A model generated the notes under the pieces. It saw only the letters and a program-made list of their open reading frames with translations. It searched no databases and had not been told where the DNA came from. From an uncultured Phycisphaeraceae bacterium (GTDB lineage Bacteria; Planctomycetota; Phycisphaerae; Phycisphaerales; Phycisphaeraceae), in NCBI GenBank assembly GCA_964649195.1, contig CAZYPK010000004.1, positions 8,000-71,999 on the forward strand: 64,000 bases of DNA, in the 5' to 3' direction. Positions 54,365 through 64,000 of the stretch are shown here, in pieces. The translations under genes were made by a program, and so were the position numbers. Every line of letters starts with the position of its first letter. Positions within the stretch are counted from its first letter, which is position 1.

Positions 54365-55402
54365 ATGCCCGTCAAATACGGAATCATCGGCTGCGGCGCG
54401 ATCGGTCAGCGCCGTCACATTCCCGAGTGTCACGCCAACCCACACAGCGTTGTCGCTGCGCTTTGCGATCCCAATGAGCAGCGCGTCGCCGAACTTGCCG
54501 CCAAGTACGGCGCCGTCGGCTACACCGATTACAAAAAAATGCTCAAGGAGGCGGACATCGACGCCGTCGTCGTCTGCGGCCCCAATGCGGTGCATGCTCC
54601 GCAGTCGATCGACGCCCTCAAAGCCGGCAAGCATGTGCTCTGCGAGAAGCCGATGGCGACCAGCCGCGCCGATGCGAAGAAGATGCTCGATGCCGCGAAG
54701 AAGAGCGGCAAGTATCTCATGATCGGCCTCAACCAGCGGCTCATGCCCGCCCATGTCCGCGCCAAGGAAATCCTCGCCGCCGGCAAGCTCGGCAAGGTCC
54801 TCGCCTTCCGCACCGCCTTCCAGCATCCCGGCCCCGACGGCTGGTCCGTCGATGGCGCCAGGAGCTGGTTCTTCGACAAGGCCGCCGCCTTCATGGGCGC
54901 CACCGGCGACCTGGGCGTCCACAAGGCCGACCTGCTCCGCTGGCTGCTCGGACAGGAGTTCACCGAGGTCGGCGGATTCATCACCACCCTCGACAAACGC
55001 GATGGCAAGGGCAGGCTCATCCCCCTCGATGACAACGCCTACCTGACCTTGAAAACCACCGGAGGCATCGTCGGCTCCATGATCGTCTCCTGGACCAACT
55101 ACGGCGCCGAGGAAAACTACACCGTCATCATGTGCGACAACGGCGTCCTCAAAATCGGCGCCGATCCCGCCTGGGGCGTCATCGTCGAATACAAAAACGG
55201 CGACCGCGAGCAGCACAAGGTCGGCGAAATGTCCACCAACACCAAACAGGTCGCCTCGGGCATCATCGACTCCTTCACCGCCGACATCCTCGCCAGAAAA
55301 AAACCGGAGATCGACGGCTTCGAAGGCTACCAGTCACTCAACGTCATCCTCACCGCAATGGAAGCCGCCAAGGCCGGCAAATCGCTGAAGATCGGCAAAT
55401 AA
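54365..55402 (+). CDS. Gfo/Idh/MocA family oxidoreductase
   Basis: AAGGAG RBS. YGIIGCGAIGQRRH Rossmann motif. GKHVLCEKPM motif. Confidence 0.9.
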   Translation: MPVKYGIIGCGAIGQRRHIPECHANPHSVVAALCDPNEQRVAELAAKYGAVGYTDYKKMLKEADIDAVVVCGPNAVHAPQSIDALKAGKHVLCEKPMATSRADAKKMLDAAKKSGKYLMIGLNQRLMPAHVRAKEILAAGKLGKVLAFRTAFQHPGPDGWSVDGARSWFFDKAAAFMGATGDLGVHKADLLRWLLGQEFTEVGGFITTLDKRDGKGRLIPLDDNAYLTLKTTGGIVGSMIVSWTNYGAEENYTVIMCDNGVLKIGADPAWGVIVEYKNGDREQHKVGEMSTNTKQVASGIIDSFTADILARKKPEIDGFEGYQSLNVILTAMEAAKAGKSLKIGK

Positions 55403-55428
55403 GCAATGAATGTGAAATGCACCCCAAG

Positions 55429-55455
55429 CCCACGGACTCCCGTCCGTGGGTTTTT
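55429..55455 (+). terminator. Rho-independent terminator between convergent genes
   Basis: Stem CCCACGGAC/GTCCGTGGG, loop TCCC, then TTTTT. Confidence 0.7.
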
Positions 55456-57335
55456 CACGCCGCCGTCTGCCTCGCCCATCCGCCGGGCCTGCGCTGATAG
55501 AACCACCATTCCACCGCCAGCAGCAGCAGCGCGAGCAGTGCGATGCTCGACCAGAGCGATCGGTTCGTCTCCGGCTGCACCTGGCTGGCGGCCACGGCGC
55601 CTTCCACCAGTGAAATGCTTTCGATCGACTCCAAAGAAGTTTCTCCGGCATGCAACAGGCTGACGCCGACGGCTTTTTTTTCAGTGCCTTTGCTGAGCAC
55701 ATATCGCCCCGCACGGAGCGCGGGCAGGCCGCTGACGAAGCCCAGATCGTCCGCCTTCTCGCGTCGATCGTAATTTTCCGGGCCTTCGATACGATAGGTC
55801 TCCCCCGGCTGCATCGCCATCGCCGGCAGGATGCCGGTGCGGTCGCCGGTCACTTCGAGCAGGCCGGCCTCCTGCATCGCGCTGCGGACCAGGTTGGTCA
55901 CCATGATGGGAAATCCGACGCGATAAGGCAGCGTGGAGCGGTCGGTGTGAAACAGCAGCGTGTAGCTGGTGCGATCCCCCTCGCGGCGTTGGAGCATGAG
56001 CGGGCCGTGCCTGCCGTGGGTGATGACCTCGTAGCGCAGCGTTTCCAGATCGGACTCTTTCGCGTTCTCATTGAGCCTGGCCTGATCGATGACGACGACA
56101 TCGGCAAGCTCGACGTGCTCAAGCAGCGGCGAGGTGCGACGCCAGTCGATGATGGTGGTCGATTCCTCCTTGATGGTGATCAGCTCCTCCAGATCAGCGG
56201 GGACGAAGCCCACGAAAAGCGCCGTGCGCCAGGTTGCATCGACGGGCGCATCCGCCTTGTCGGTGATGATCAGGTCGAAATGTTTGAGGGGCGGATCACC
56301 TGACGCGGAAGGATGCAGCCGCACATCGCGCATGGCTGCGACGGCGTTGCGGTAAGCGGGCATCGACAAAGGGACGTACACATCCAGCGGCCGCAGGGGC
56401 GAAAGTTCGATGAAGGCGACATTGTCGGCGGCGAGCGCGTCAAACCCATCGGGCCGCAGCCGGAGTTCGACACTGGTGGCCCGATCCGCGGCGATCTGAA
56501 AAACGAATCGCTGGCCGCCGCCGGCGGTGGGCGTCACCTGTTCCACGCTTCTTGATTCGCCATCCTGAATCAGTTCGAGCGCGGCGGCGCCCGGATGATC
56601 CCTGGTCGATTGCACCTGCACGAACACGCTCCATCCGCCGCCGCTGTTGCGGCGGGCGTTGAGGGCGGTGATGCCCATGTTGCCGCCGGCGGAAGGCAGC
56701 CTCTGATAGTCCAGCTTGAAGGGCAGTTCGAAATCGATCTTCTCAGGCATGTTGCCATCGGAGACCAGCATGACGCGCTCGAACCGCGCCGTGCGCGAAA
56801 GCGCGTCGGCCATGCGCAAGGCATCGGTCACATCGCTGCCGACATCCTCGATGGCGATCGACTGAAGGGCGTTGCGAAGCACGCGCTTGTTGCCGGTGAA
56901 CTCGACGGCCTGCTGCGCGGTGCGGCCAAAGGCGATGATGGCGATTTCCTCGTTGGCATTGAGCCGGTCAATCAGTTCGCCGACCTGCTCCCTGGCCAGG
57001 TCGAGCCGGGACCTGCCGCGCTCATCCACCGCCCCCATGCTGGCGGAACGGTCGATCAGGATCGGCAGCCGATCCGAAGCGGAAGGCCCGCCGCGCAGAA
57101 ACGGCTGCATCGCCGCGAGGATCAAAAGCAGCAGCAGGAGCAATTGCAGCAGCAGGAGAATGTTTCGCTTGAACCGCTGAAACGGCGAATTGACGCGATG
57201 ATCGTTGATCACCTGCCGCCAGAGCACGAGCGAGGGCACCGCCAGCCGCGGCCGGCGGAGCTTCAGGAAGTAAAGCAACACCAGCGGCGGAATCAGCAGC
57301 AAAAGCCAGATCGCGGATAACTTCAAAAATCCCAT
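55455..57335 (-). CDS. BatA-like membrane protein with aerotolerance N-terminal domain and VWA domain
   Basis: LLLLIPPLVLLYFLKLRRP N-terminal motif, ILIDRSASM (MIDAS DxSxS) and VMLVSDG. Confidence 0.85.
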   Translation of the reverse strand: MGFLKLSAIWLLLLIPPLVLLYFLKLRRPRLAVPSLVLWRQVINDHRVNSPFQRFKRNILLLLQLLLLLLLILAAMQPFLRGGPSASDRLPILIDRSASMGAVDERGRSRLDLAREQVGELIDRLNANEEIAIIAFGRTAQQAVEFTGNKRVLRNALQSIAIEDVGSDVTDALRMADALSRTARFERVMLVSDGNMPEKIDFELPFKLDYQRLPSAGGNMGITALNARRNSGGGWSVFVQVQSTRDHPGAAALELIQDGESRSVEQVTPTAGGGQRFVFQIAADRATSVELRLRPDGFDALAADNVAFIELSPLRPLDVYVPLSMPAYRNAVAAMRDVRLHPSASGDPPLKHFDLIITDKADAPVDATWRTALFVGFVPADLEELITIKEESTTIIDWRRTSPLLEHVELADVVVIDQARLNENAKESDLETLRYEVITHGRHGPLMLQRREGDRTSYTLLFHTDRSTLPYRVGFPIMVTNLVRSAMQEAGLLEVTGDRTGILPAMAMQPGETYRIEGPENYDRREKADDLGFVSGLPALRAGRYVLSKGTEKKAVGVSLLHAGETSLESIESISLVEGAVAASQVQPETNRSLWSSIALLALLLLAVEWWFYQRRPGGWARQTAA

Positions 57336-57401
57336 GAATCGCCATCTTATTCAGCCGTTCGCCTTGGCGAACGAAGTGATCAAATCAACACATCCAATGA
57401 A

Positions 57402-58307
57402 TCACCGCACCCATCCCTTGCGCCGCAGTTGATCAAACAGCACATGCTCCAGCGAATCCTTCGCGTTCACCGTCGCCAGCCGGCCGCGCCGGCTCTGGGC
57501 CAGCGCGGTGATGTGCGACTGGTAGGCCTCGCGGTATTGGTGATAGAGCTTGAGCAGATCGCCGCCGCTGGTGATGTCGAGCATGCGTCCGGTTTCGGAA
57601 TCGACCAGCCGCTGGTCGCTGGTGATGTCGGGATCGATCTCGCCGGGCCCCAGTATCTGCAACCCCATGATTTCCAACCCCGCCGAGTAAAGCAGATTGA
57701 AGGAGCGTTTGAGGTCGCCGGTGGTGAGGAAGTCCGAGAGAATGATCGCCAGGCCGCGGCCACGATGTTCGAGCAGCATCGAGTCGATGCCGCGCTCGAT
57801 GGAGCCGTCGCCGCCGGGCTCGATCGGTTCGAGGAAGTGAAACAACGACCGGCGGCTGGCGCGTCCCGAATGCGGACGCCAGCGGGTCACGCGGCCATCC
57901 TGTTGATTGAAGACGCACGCGCTGACCTTCTCCGTGCCGATGAGTCCCATCACCCCCAGCGCGGCGGCCAGCGACTTGGCCCGCTCGAACTTGCCTTCGA
58001 AATTCATCGAGGATGAGGCGTCGATCAGCAGCACGATGTGCATCTCCTCCTCTTCGTGAAAGAGCTTGAGGTAAGGCTTGTGCAACCGGGCGAAGACGTT
58101 CCAATCGAGGAAGCGGGTGTCGTCGCCGGGGCTGTAGTCGCGGTAATCCTTGAACTCGATGGAAGACCCCGCGCGGCCGGCCACATGCTCGCCGCGCGAG
58201 CGATTGGTCAGCCGCTTCTGCGGCAGCAATCGCATGCGCTCGACGCGCGAGAGCACCTCATTGGGCAGCAGCGGCGTGATGCGAGGTTGTTGGGTGGTGA
58301 ATGCCAT
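57402..58307 (-). CDS. DUF58 domain protein (MoxR-associated)
   Basis: GSSIEFKDYRDYSPGDDTRFLDWNV motif and VLLIDASSSM. Sits between the MoxR and VWA genes. Confidence 0.9.
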   Translation of the reverse strand: MAFTTQQPRITPLLPNEVLSRVERMRLLPQKRLTNRSRGEHVAGRAGSSIEFKDYRDYSPGDDTRFLDWNVFARLHKPYLKLFHEEEEMHIVLLIDASSSMNFEGKFERAKSLAAALGVMGLIGTEKVSACVFNQQDGRVTRWRPHSGRASRRSLFHFLEPIEPGGDGSIERGIDSMLLEHRGRGLAIILSDFLTTGDLKRSFNLLYSAGLEIMGLQILGPGEIDPDITSDQRLVDSETGRMLDITSGGDLLKLYHQYREAYQSHITALAQSRRGRLATVNAKDSLEHVLFDQLRRKGWVR

Positions 58308-58322
58308 GAGTGGTCAATCGCT

Positions 58323-59357
58323 TCAGGCCTTGATCGCCGCGACCGCCTGCTTTCGTTTTGCACCTTCTTCCGGCACAAGCTGCGTGATCTCATCGACCAG
58401 TTCCGCGACCTTCATGTTTTCCGCCTGGCCGTCGTAGTTGAGCAGCACGCGATGCTGGAGCACCTCGGCGGCGTAGGCGCGGATGTCCTCGAAGGCGACA
58501 TGCACGCGGCCCTGGGACAAGGCCCGCACGCGGCCGGCGCGGATCATCGCCTGGGCGGCGCGGGGACTGGCGCCCCAGCGCACGAAGCGGTGTACGCGGT
58601 CGGTGCAGAACTCGCTTTCAGGATGCGTCGCCAGCACCAGCCGCACGGCATAGTCGCGGATCGGGTCGGCCACGACGACCTTGTTCAGGATGTCCCGCAG
58701 TTGCAGAATGCGGTCGCCGCTGATGATCTTGTCCACATCGACGCTTCGCTTGAGAATGGTCCTGCTGACGACCTCGTTCATCTCGTCGCGGTTGAGAAAC
58801 GGCACCTCGCACTTGAACATGAAGCGGTCGAGCTGCGCCTCGGGCAGCGGATAGGTGCCCTCCTGTTCGAGCGGGTTCTGCGTGGCGAGGACGAAGAAGG
58901 GCTGCTTGAGCCGATGGGTGACGCCGCCGGTGGTGACGGAGCCTTCCTGCATGGTTTCGAGCAGGGCGGATTGCGTCTTGGGGGTGGCGCGGTTGATTTC
59001 ATCGGCGAGCAGCAACTGCGTGAAGATCGGGCCGGGACGAAACTCGAAGCGATAGTTCCCGGTGCCGTCGGCGGACATGACGTTGGTGCCCACGATGTCG
59101 GCGGGCATCAGGTCGGGCGTGAACTGGATGCGGGAGAAGTCGAGGTCGAGCACGCGCGACAGGGCCTTGACCAGTTCGGTCTTGCCCAGGCCCGGCACGC
59201 CTTCGAGCAGCACGTTGCCGCCGCAGAGAATCGCGGTGACCGTCGCCTCCACCACGCGCTGCTGTCCGACGATGACCTTGCCCACTTCATTGCGGACCGC
59301 CAGCACTTCGGACTTGAAGGTCTGGGCCTCGGCTTGAATCTGATCTTCCGGCGTCAT
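58323..59357 (-). CDS. MoxR-family AAA+ ATPase
   Basis: Walker A EGVPGLGKT, Walker B LLADEINRATPKTQSALLE and ATQNPLEQEGTYPLPEAQLDRF. Start set at the ATG at 59357. Confidence 0.93.
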   Translation of the reverse strand: MTPEDQIQAEAQTFKSEVLAVRNEVGKVIVGQQRVVEATVTAILCGGNVLLEGVPGLGKTELVKALSRVLDLDFSRIQFTPDLMPADIVGTNVMSADGTGNYRFEFRPGPIFTQLLLADEINRATPKTQSALLETMQEGSVTTGGVTHRLKQPFFVLATQNPLEQEGTYPLPEAQLDRFMFKCEVPFLNRDEMNEVVSRTILKRSVDVDKIISGDRILQLRDILNKVVVADPIRDYAVRLVLATHPESEFCTDRVHRFVRWGASPRAAQAMIRAGRVRALSQGRVHVAFEDIRAYAAEVLQHRVLLNYDGQAENMKVAELVDEITQLVPEEGAKRKQAVAAIKA

Positions 59358-59495
59358 GGGATTCCTGGGAAAAAGGCGTGGGCGATTAGGCACAAAAGTC
59401 ACAAGTCAAAATCATTTCAACCAAGCCCGATGGCGAGTCTGCGAGCCGTCGGGGGGGAATCGCCATCGGGCTTGAGGTTTTCATGGAGCAGAACA

Positions 59496-62400
59496 TCACT
59501 GTTTCTCCTGGACGCGTCGCTTGGCGGCGAGCAGACGGCTGGTCGAGCTTTCCGCTTCCTCCACCTGCTCGGACGGTGCATCGCGCCGCACACCTGGGGG
59601 CAGCGGCGGCGGCTTGCCGATTTCGATGTTCATCGCCGGCTGCGGCTCCGTCTTTTCCTTCGCCTGGGCGCGGCCCTTCAGTGCCGAGGTCACTTCGCCC
59701 TTCTTGGCGCGCAGCTTGTTGAAGGTCGCTTCGCTGGGCTGGTCGCGTCTGCCCAGCGTGAACCACGCGCGCACCATCTCCATGTCGATCTGCACGCGGC
59801 GCAGGCCGACATCGAGGGGGATCATGCAGGCCAACAGGATCAGCACCCAGTCGATGATCGGCGCGCTGCTGCGCTTGGCGGTGCGGTCGGCGGCGTAAAT
59901 GAACGCGCTGGTTTCACCGTCGCCGCCGGTGAGCACGCGGCCGCCGGACTTCTGGGCGATGTCATGCAACACCACCGGCCTGCTGCGAAACTGCATGTAT
60001 TCCTGCGAATAAGGCATCACCAATCGGGAATGAACCCGCTGCGCCTTGCCGTCGCTGCTCGCGCCTGCCGTCATGATCTTGTAGGTGCCCTCGCCCTTGA
60101 GCGGGAACCGGCCTTCGTATCGGTTGGGGCCGACCTGTTTCAGCGAAACCGTGGCCTCCAGCCCGCGCGGCCCTTCGATGTAGCTCTCCACCGCGAGAAA
60201 CGCATCGCGCTCGCCGTAGTCTTCGACGATGATGATCCCCTGCCCCGAAGCGACGAAGCTGCGCACCCGCAGCGTGCTTTCATCACTCGTGCGGCTGATC
60301 GAGGTGATGAGCTGTTTCACGAAGGGATCGTACTTGGGCCACTGAATCCAGTTGGCCGCCCAGTTGGGTGAAAGGTCGCTGGTCCACGCGGCGCTGGCGC
60401 CCAGACCGTGACGCCAGATCGCCAGCACCGGGTCCACTTCCTCTTCGATCGGACCGCGAAGAATGACCTGGCTCTTGGGCTTGGGCGAGGTGAGCACGTA
60501 GCCGTCGAGTGCGGGAATGGAATCGATGCCTTCGAGCGAGGCGTGAGGAAACAGGACGGAAGGCGTGAACGTGACGTTCTGAATCATGCTGCGTCGCAGC
60601 GTCATCGCCTCCTTGATGAAGATGCGGGGCAACATGCGGGGATCGTTGACGGGGTAATGCGTGCCGCCGGTGGCACGGGAAAGCGGCGCGAGGATGGCGT
60701 GGTTGGCATCGTTGCCGATGCCGACGGTCGAGAGCGTGATCTGGGCATCGAGACATTGAGCGACGACATGCGCATCATTGCCCGGCATGCTCTCGCCATC
60801 GGTGAGGAGAATGATGTGCTTCACCGCCACCTCCCCCTTGGGCAGTCTGCGAAGCGCGGCGATGGCTTCGTTGAGCGCGGGGTACATGTTCGTGCCGCCG
60901 CCGGGACCGATGGTGCGAATCTGTTTGCTCGCGGCATCGGGATTTTCGACCTCGGACATGGGCACCACCCAGAGCGGATCGGTGTCGAATGCGATCACGC
61001 CCAGCCAGTCGCGCGGGAACAGCGTTTTGGCCGCGGCGACGGCCGCTTCATTGGCCACCGACTGCTTCGACTTGGGCGAGGTCGCAAAAGAGGACATCAT
61101 CGACCCGCTGCGATCCACCACGATCGCCAGGGCGCCGGCAGGCAGAAACTTGCGGCTGGTGATGTCCATCGCCACCGGCAGCGTGCGTTCGATCGCCGTC
61201 TTGTGATAGCCGCCCGGCCCGAAGCTGTTGGCGCCGCCCACCATGAGAAAGCCCGTACCCTGGGCGTAAACCGCCTCGTGTACCGCCTCCATCTGCTGGG
61301 CGTCGAACATGCCCGCGGGCACGTTGGCGAAGATGATGCAGTCGTAGGGAAGCAGCGCGGCCGCATCGCGCGCGAATTCGAGGGCCGATTGCGTTTCCAC
61401 CTCCCGGCCCGCCGTGTGCAGCGATTCGACGAGGCGGTTGTGGTCGCGCGGGTCGCCGGTGTCATCGACGACGACCAGCACCTTGCCCTTGCCGCGCAGG
61501 TAGAGGTGATTGACCGCCTTGTTGTTTTCCTTCTTGTGATCGAGCACCGCGATGATCTTTCCCGCGGCATCCTTCCGATCTTCGACATCGATGTGGGCGG
61601 TGTATTCGTAGTAGCCTGCCGTGCGAAGACGGATGGGGATGATGAAGCGATTCTTGCCCGCTCCAAACTCGACATCATCCTCAAAATAAGGCTGCCCGTT
61701 TTCAAGCAGCCGCAGCCTGCCCTTCCCTTTCTTGAGCGAGGAAAGAACAACACTGGCGTTGTAATCCTCGCCGACCTTCACGGCGCGAGGCAGTTCGAGA
61801 TGCTCCAGCCAGACTTCGTCTTCGTACTCGTAAACGACGGGCATGACATCGACGGGGATGCCCTTGGATTTCAGATCATCAAGCGTGGCGGCCAGCTCGC
61901 CTTCCGTCGCCACGCCGTCGCTGATGAGCACGATGCGGCCGTTCTTTTCGCGCGGCAGCATGGCGGCGGCGAGCGAGAGGGCCTTGGCGATGTCGGTGCC
62001 GTCGTAGTCCACCTGCACATTCATCGCCGGGCTGTTCTCGTCGATGGGCAACGTCGGCCCCGGCGGCAATTCCACCGCTGCGCTGCGTCCGAAGAAGATG
62101 AGGCCCGCCTGGTCCTTCTCCGGCTTGCCCCTGGCGATGCGCGAGGCATAACGCAGCGCCTCATCGCGGGCTTCGGGCCGGATCGACGCCGAGGCATCGA
62201 CCACGAACACCACGCTCAACCCTTCATCCTTTCGCACCGCGCGAGGCTCGGCGAGGGCGACGATGAACAACCCCAGCAGAACGAACCGGGCCACCAGCGC
62301 CAGAACGGCGCGGCTGCGCGAAAGGTTGCCATAGCCCGCCTCCCCCAGCCACCAGAACCAAGGCGCCGCGGCGATGAAGCCGAAGGGCCACAGACGGGTG

Positions 62401-62633
62401 AAGAGGATCGTTTCCGATCGATCCAGCCACCAGCACAAAAGCGGAAACAGGATGACAAACATCAAGAGCGGCCAGGCGCCTTGAAGCGAAACCGGTTGCC
62501 GCCGCGGCGGAAGCAACGCCGTCCGGAAAGAAACGAACCAACTCGATGCCGAGGCACGCATCGCCGCCACCGAGGAAGCCTGCGCTCCGTAACGGCTGTC
62601 GATGGTCCTGGATCGGCGGTCGGATGGAGGCAT
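59496..62633 (-). CDS. Large membrane protein with two VWA domains (Bat/MoxR-operon type)
   Basis: N-terminal TM helices. VVFVVDASASI and AIVVDRSGSM are MIDAS motifs. ISDG/LTDGE motifs. C-terminal TM helix plus charged tail. Confidence 0.85.
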   Translation of the reverse strand: MPPSDRRSRTIDSRYGAQASSVAAMRASASSWFVSFRTALLPPRRQPVSLQGAWPLLMFVILFPLLCWWLDRSETILFTRLWPFGFIAAAPWFWWLGEAGYGNLSRSRAVLALVARFVLLGLFIVALAEPRAVRKDEGLSVVFVVDASASIRPEARDEALRYASRIARGKPEKDQAGLIFFGRSAAVELPPGPTLPIDENSPAMNVQVDYDGTDIAKALSLAAAMLPREKNGRIVLISDGVATEGELAATLDDLKSKGIPVDVMPVVYEYEDEVWLEHLELPRAVKVGEDYNASVVLSSLKKGKGRLRLLENGQPYFEDDVEFGAGKNRFIIPIRLRTAGYYEYTAHIDVEDRKDAAGKIIAVLDHKKENNKAVNHLYLRGKGKVLVVVDDTGDPRDHNRLVESLHTAGREVETQSALEFARDAAALLPYDCIIFANVPAGMFDAQQMEAVHEAVYAQGTGFLMVGGANSFGPGGYHKTAIERTLPVAMDITSRKFLPAGALAIVVDRSGSMMSSFATSPKSKQSVANEAAVAAAKTLFPRDWLGVIAFDTDPLWVVPMSEVENPDAASKQIRTIGPGGGTNMYPALNEAIAALRRLPKGEVAVKHIILLTDGESMPGNDAHVVAQCLDAQITLSTVGIGNDANHAILAPLSRATGGTHYPVNDPRMLPRIFIKEAMTLRRSMIQNVTFTPSVLFPHASLEGIDSIPALDGYVLTSPKPKSQVILRGPIEEEVDPVLAIWRHGLGASAAWTSDLSPNWAANWIQWPKYDPFVKQLITSISRTSDESTLRVRSFVASGQGIIIVEDYGERDAFLAVESYIEGPRGLEATVSLKQVGPNRYEGRFPLKGEGTYKIMTAGASSDGKAQRVHSRLVMPYSQEYMQFRSRPVVLHDIAQKSGGRVLTGGDGETSAFIYAADRTAKRSSAPIIDWVLILLACMIPLDVGLRRVQIDMEMVRAWFTLGRRDQPSEATFNKLRAKKGEVTSALKGRAQAKEKTEPQPAMNIEIGKPPPLPPGVRRDAPSEQVEEAESSTSRLLAAKRRVQEKQ

Positions 62634-62636
62634 GGA

Positions 62637-62700
62637 GGGAGGGAAAAACAGGAAAGCAGGAAAACAGGAAAACAGGAAAACAGGAAATTCAAACCTTCTA
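62637..62700 (+). repeat. CAGGAAAA octamer tandem repeat (related block at 8085-8140)
   Basis: CAGGAAAGCAGGAAAACAGGAAAACAGGAAAACAGGAAATTCAAACC, compared with GCAGAAAAACAGGAAAGCAGGAAATTCAAACC at 8105-8143. Confidence 0.8.
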
Positions 62701-62730
62701 GGACGGTGGCATCATGTCGATTTCCTTCGT

Positions 62731-62833
62731 GGGATTCCTGAATAACCTCACGTCCAAGCCGCTCGCGGCTTCGCTCCCCCCTTCTTCATCGTCGTAGCAA
62801 TCCCCGGTTCACGACATGCACCGGTTATTCATA
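62731..62833 (+). repeat. Repeat family R1, copy 4 (with internal insertion)
   Basis: GGGATTCCTGAATAACCTCACGTCCAAGCCGCTCGCGG...GCAATCCCCGGTTCACGACATGCACCGGTTATTC. Confidence 0.8.
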
Positions 62834-62880
62834 TTACCCTTCGTGTTCATCATTCCGAACCTTTCGCTTTCCGCTTTTTC

Positions 62881-64000
62881 CTATCGCTTTTCCGCTTTCT
62901 CGTTTTTCCCGACATCATCGAAATACTTCTGAATCACCTCGTGATACCCGGGCGGAATCTGTTCCTGAAGAATCGCCTCGCTGACCCCCTGCTTCACTTT
63001 TTCGACGGCTTCGCGGTAGGTCACCTTGGCGTCGCCGGAATCGGTCACCTCCTGGGTCTTCCACTGCATCAGCGATTTGCCGGCCTGGAGCGCGGACTTG
63101 GACTTTTCCGTGCGGAACGCGGATGAGCCGGAGACATCCTCCGCCGGCGGACGATCACCGCCGGGCTGATTGCCCGCCTTGAGTCCGCCCTTGCCGCCGC
63201 CTTCGCCGCCATCCTTGCCGTTGCCCTGGGCCTGCCTGTTGTTCGGGTCGCCGCCCTGCCCGCCCTCCCCTTCGCCGGATTCGCCGCTGGCGCTGCCGTT
63301 GAGCTTCTGGCGAAGCTTCTCGGCATATTCGCGCAGCGACTGCGCATCCTTGCATTCCTGACCATCGAGTTGATCCTGGGCGTTGGCCTGCCTGGCGTCC
63401 TGAAGAGCCTTCATCGCTTCTTCGAGCGACTTCTGGTCGCGGATGGCCTGCGCCAACTGCTCCATTTGCTGCTCGGAAAGCTGCATCGATTCCTTCATCG
63501 CCTCCATCGCCTGCTTCTGGGCCGCGGGGTCCTTGGACTGGGCCAGTTGCTCCAGGGCTTTTTGCAGCGAATCATTCATCGGCTTGCCGCCGGCCTGATT
63601 CTTCGCAAACTCGCTCAGTTCCTGCATGCGCTGTTGGGCTTCCTGCTGGGCCTTCTTTTTTTCTTCCTCGCTCTTGGCGTTCTGGGCCTGCTCGACGAGT
63701 TCCTTGATCTCCTTGAGTTCCTGTTTCAGGCTGTCGGTCTTGCCTTGTTCGAGATCATCCTTCCACTGCCGGGCCTTGATGGTTCCGGCCGCGCCGCCCA
63801 GTTGCTGGGCGAGCTTGTCGCGCGAGGTGTCCTGAAGTTTTTTCTCCTGCACCTGCCGCCATTTTTCGCCGATGGTCTTCTGCTGCTCGTTGATGCGGGC
63901 CAGGTTGTTCTCGCGCTCGTTCTTCTTCATCTGCTCGAAACTCTTCTTCAGTTCCGCCAGCGCCTTTTCCACTTCCTTGGAAACCGTCGCTTCGACATCC
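62881..64000 (-). CDS. Coiled-coil Q/E/K-rich protein at the head of the MoxR operon; 5' end probably outside window
   Basis: The frame stays open upstream of the listed GTG at 63972 to the window edge. Highly charged helical sequence plus a G-rich segment. Confidence 0.6.
   Translation of the reverse strand, partial: DVEATVSKEVEKALAELKKSFEQMKKNERENNLARINEQQKTIGEKWRQVQEKKLQDTSRDKLAQQLGGAAGTIKARQWKDDLEQGKTDSLKQELKEIKELVEQAQNAKSEEEKKKAQQEAQQRMQELSEFAKNQAGGKPMNDSLQKALEQLAQSKDPAAQKQAMEAMKESMQLSEQQMEQLAQAIRDQKSLEEAMKALQDARQANAQDQLDGQECKDAQSLREYAEKLRQKLNGSASGESGEGEGGQGGDPNNRQAQGNGKDGGEGGGKGGLKAGNQPGGDRPPAEDVSGSSAFRTEKSKSALQAGKSLMQWKTQEVTDSGDAKVTYREAVEKVKQGVSEAILQEQIPPGYHEVIQKYFDDVGKNEKAEKR

Overview
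GC-rich bacterial chromosomal segment. Gene content suggests the PVC group, probably Planctomycetota; this is inference only, from a PSCyt1-cytochrome/WD40 protein, a MoxR-DUF58-BatA-VWA operon and several Gfo/Idh/MocA oxidoreductases. I support about 55 protein-coding genes, mostly housekeeping or envelope functions. They include nth, two glutamine synthetases (GSIII glnN and GSI glnA), an ABC-F ATPase, hisA and a DinG-like helicase. They also include an SRAP peptidase, a LOG-family protein, an LptF/G permease, a gmk-gmhB-heptosyltransferase-GT4 LPS-core cluster and several glycosyltransferases. I saw no rRNA, tRNA or CRISPR array. The unusual content is mostly non-coding and accessory. (1) At 10.1-13.4 kb, small same-strand ORFs (two PIN-toxin pairs, a lipoprotein, a coiled-coil peptide) are each followed by an attC-like imperfect palindrome. 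This is a possible integrase-less integron cassette array. (2) At 45.6-47.8 kb, two DUF104-antitoxin/PIN-toxin cassettes sit in tandem, each joined directly 3' of the octamer CCACCCGC. The second splits a 304-bp duplicate of the gmk promoter plus its first 37 codons. (3) Several interspersed repeat families are present. One is a roughly 215-bp MITE with a clean 9-bp target-site duplication inside a terminator hairpin. Another is a twin-hairpin TIR element whose interior is inverted between copies. A third is a GAATAACC...GGTTATTC hairpin element. A four-helix-bundle (Avd-like) gene is bounded by 31-bp inverted repeats. (4) Many intergenic palindromes have arms built from 7-nt tandem units. All alignments were done by eye and no database or tool was used. 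Long antisense shadow ORFs typical of high-GC DNA were rejected.
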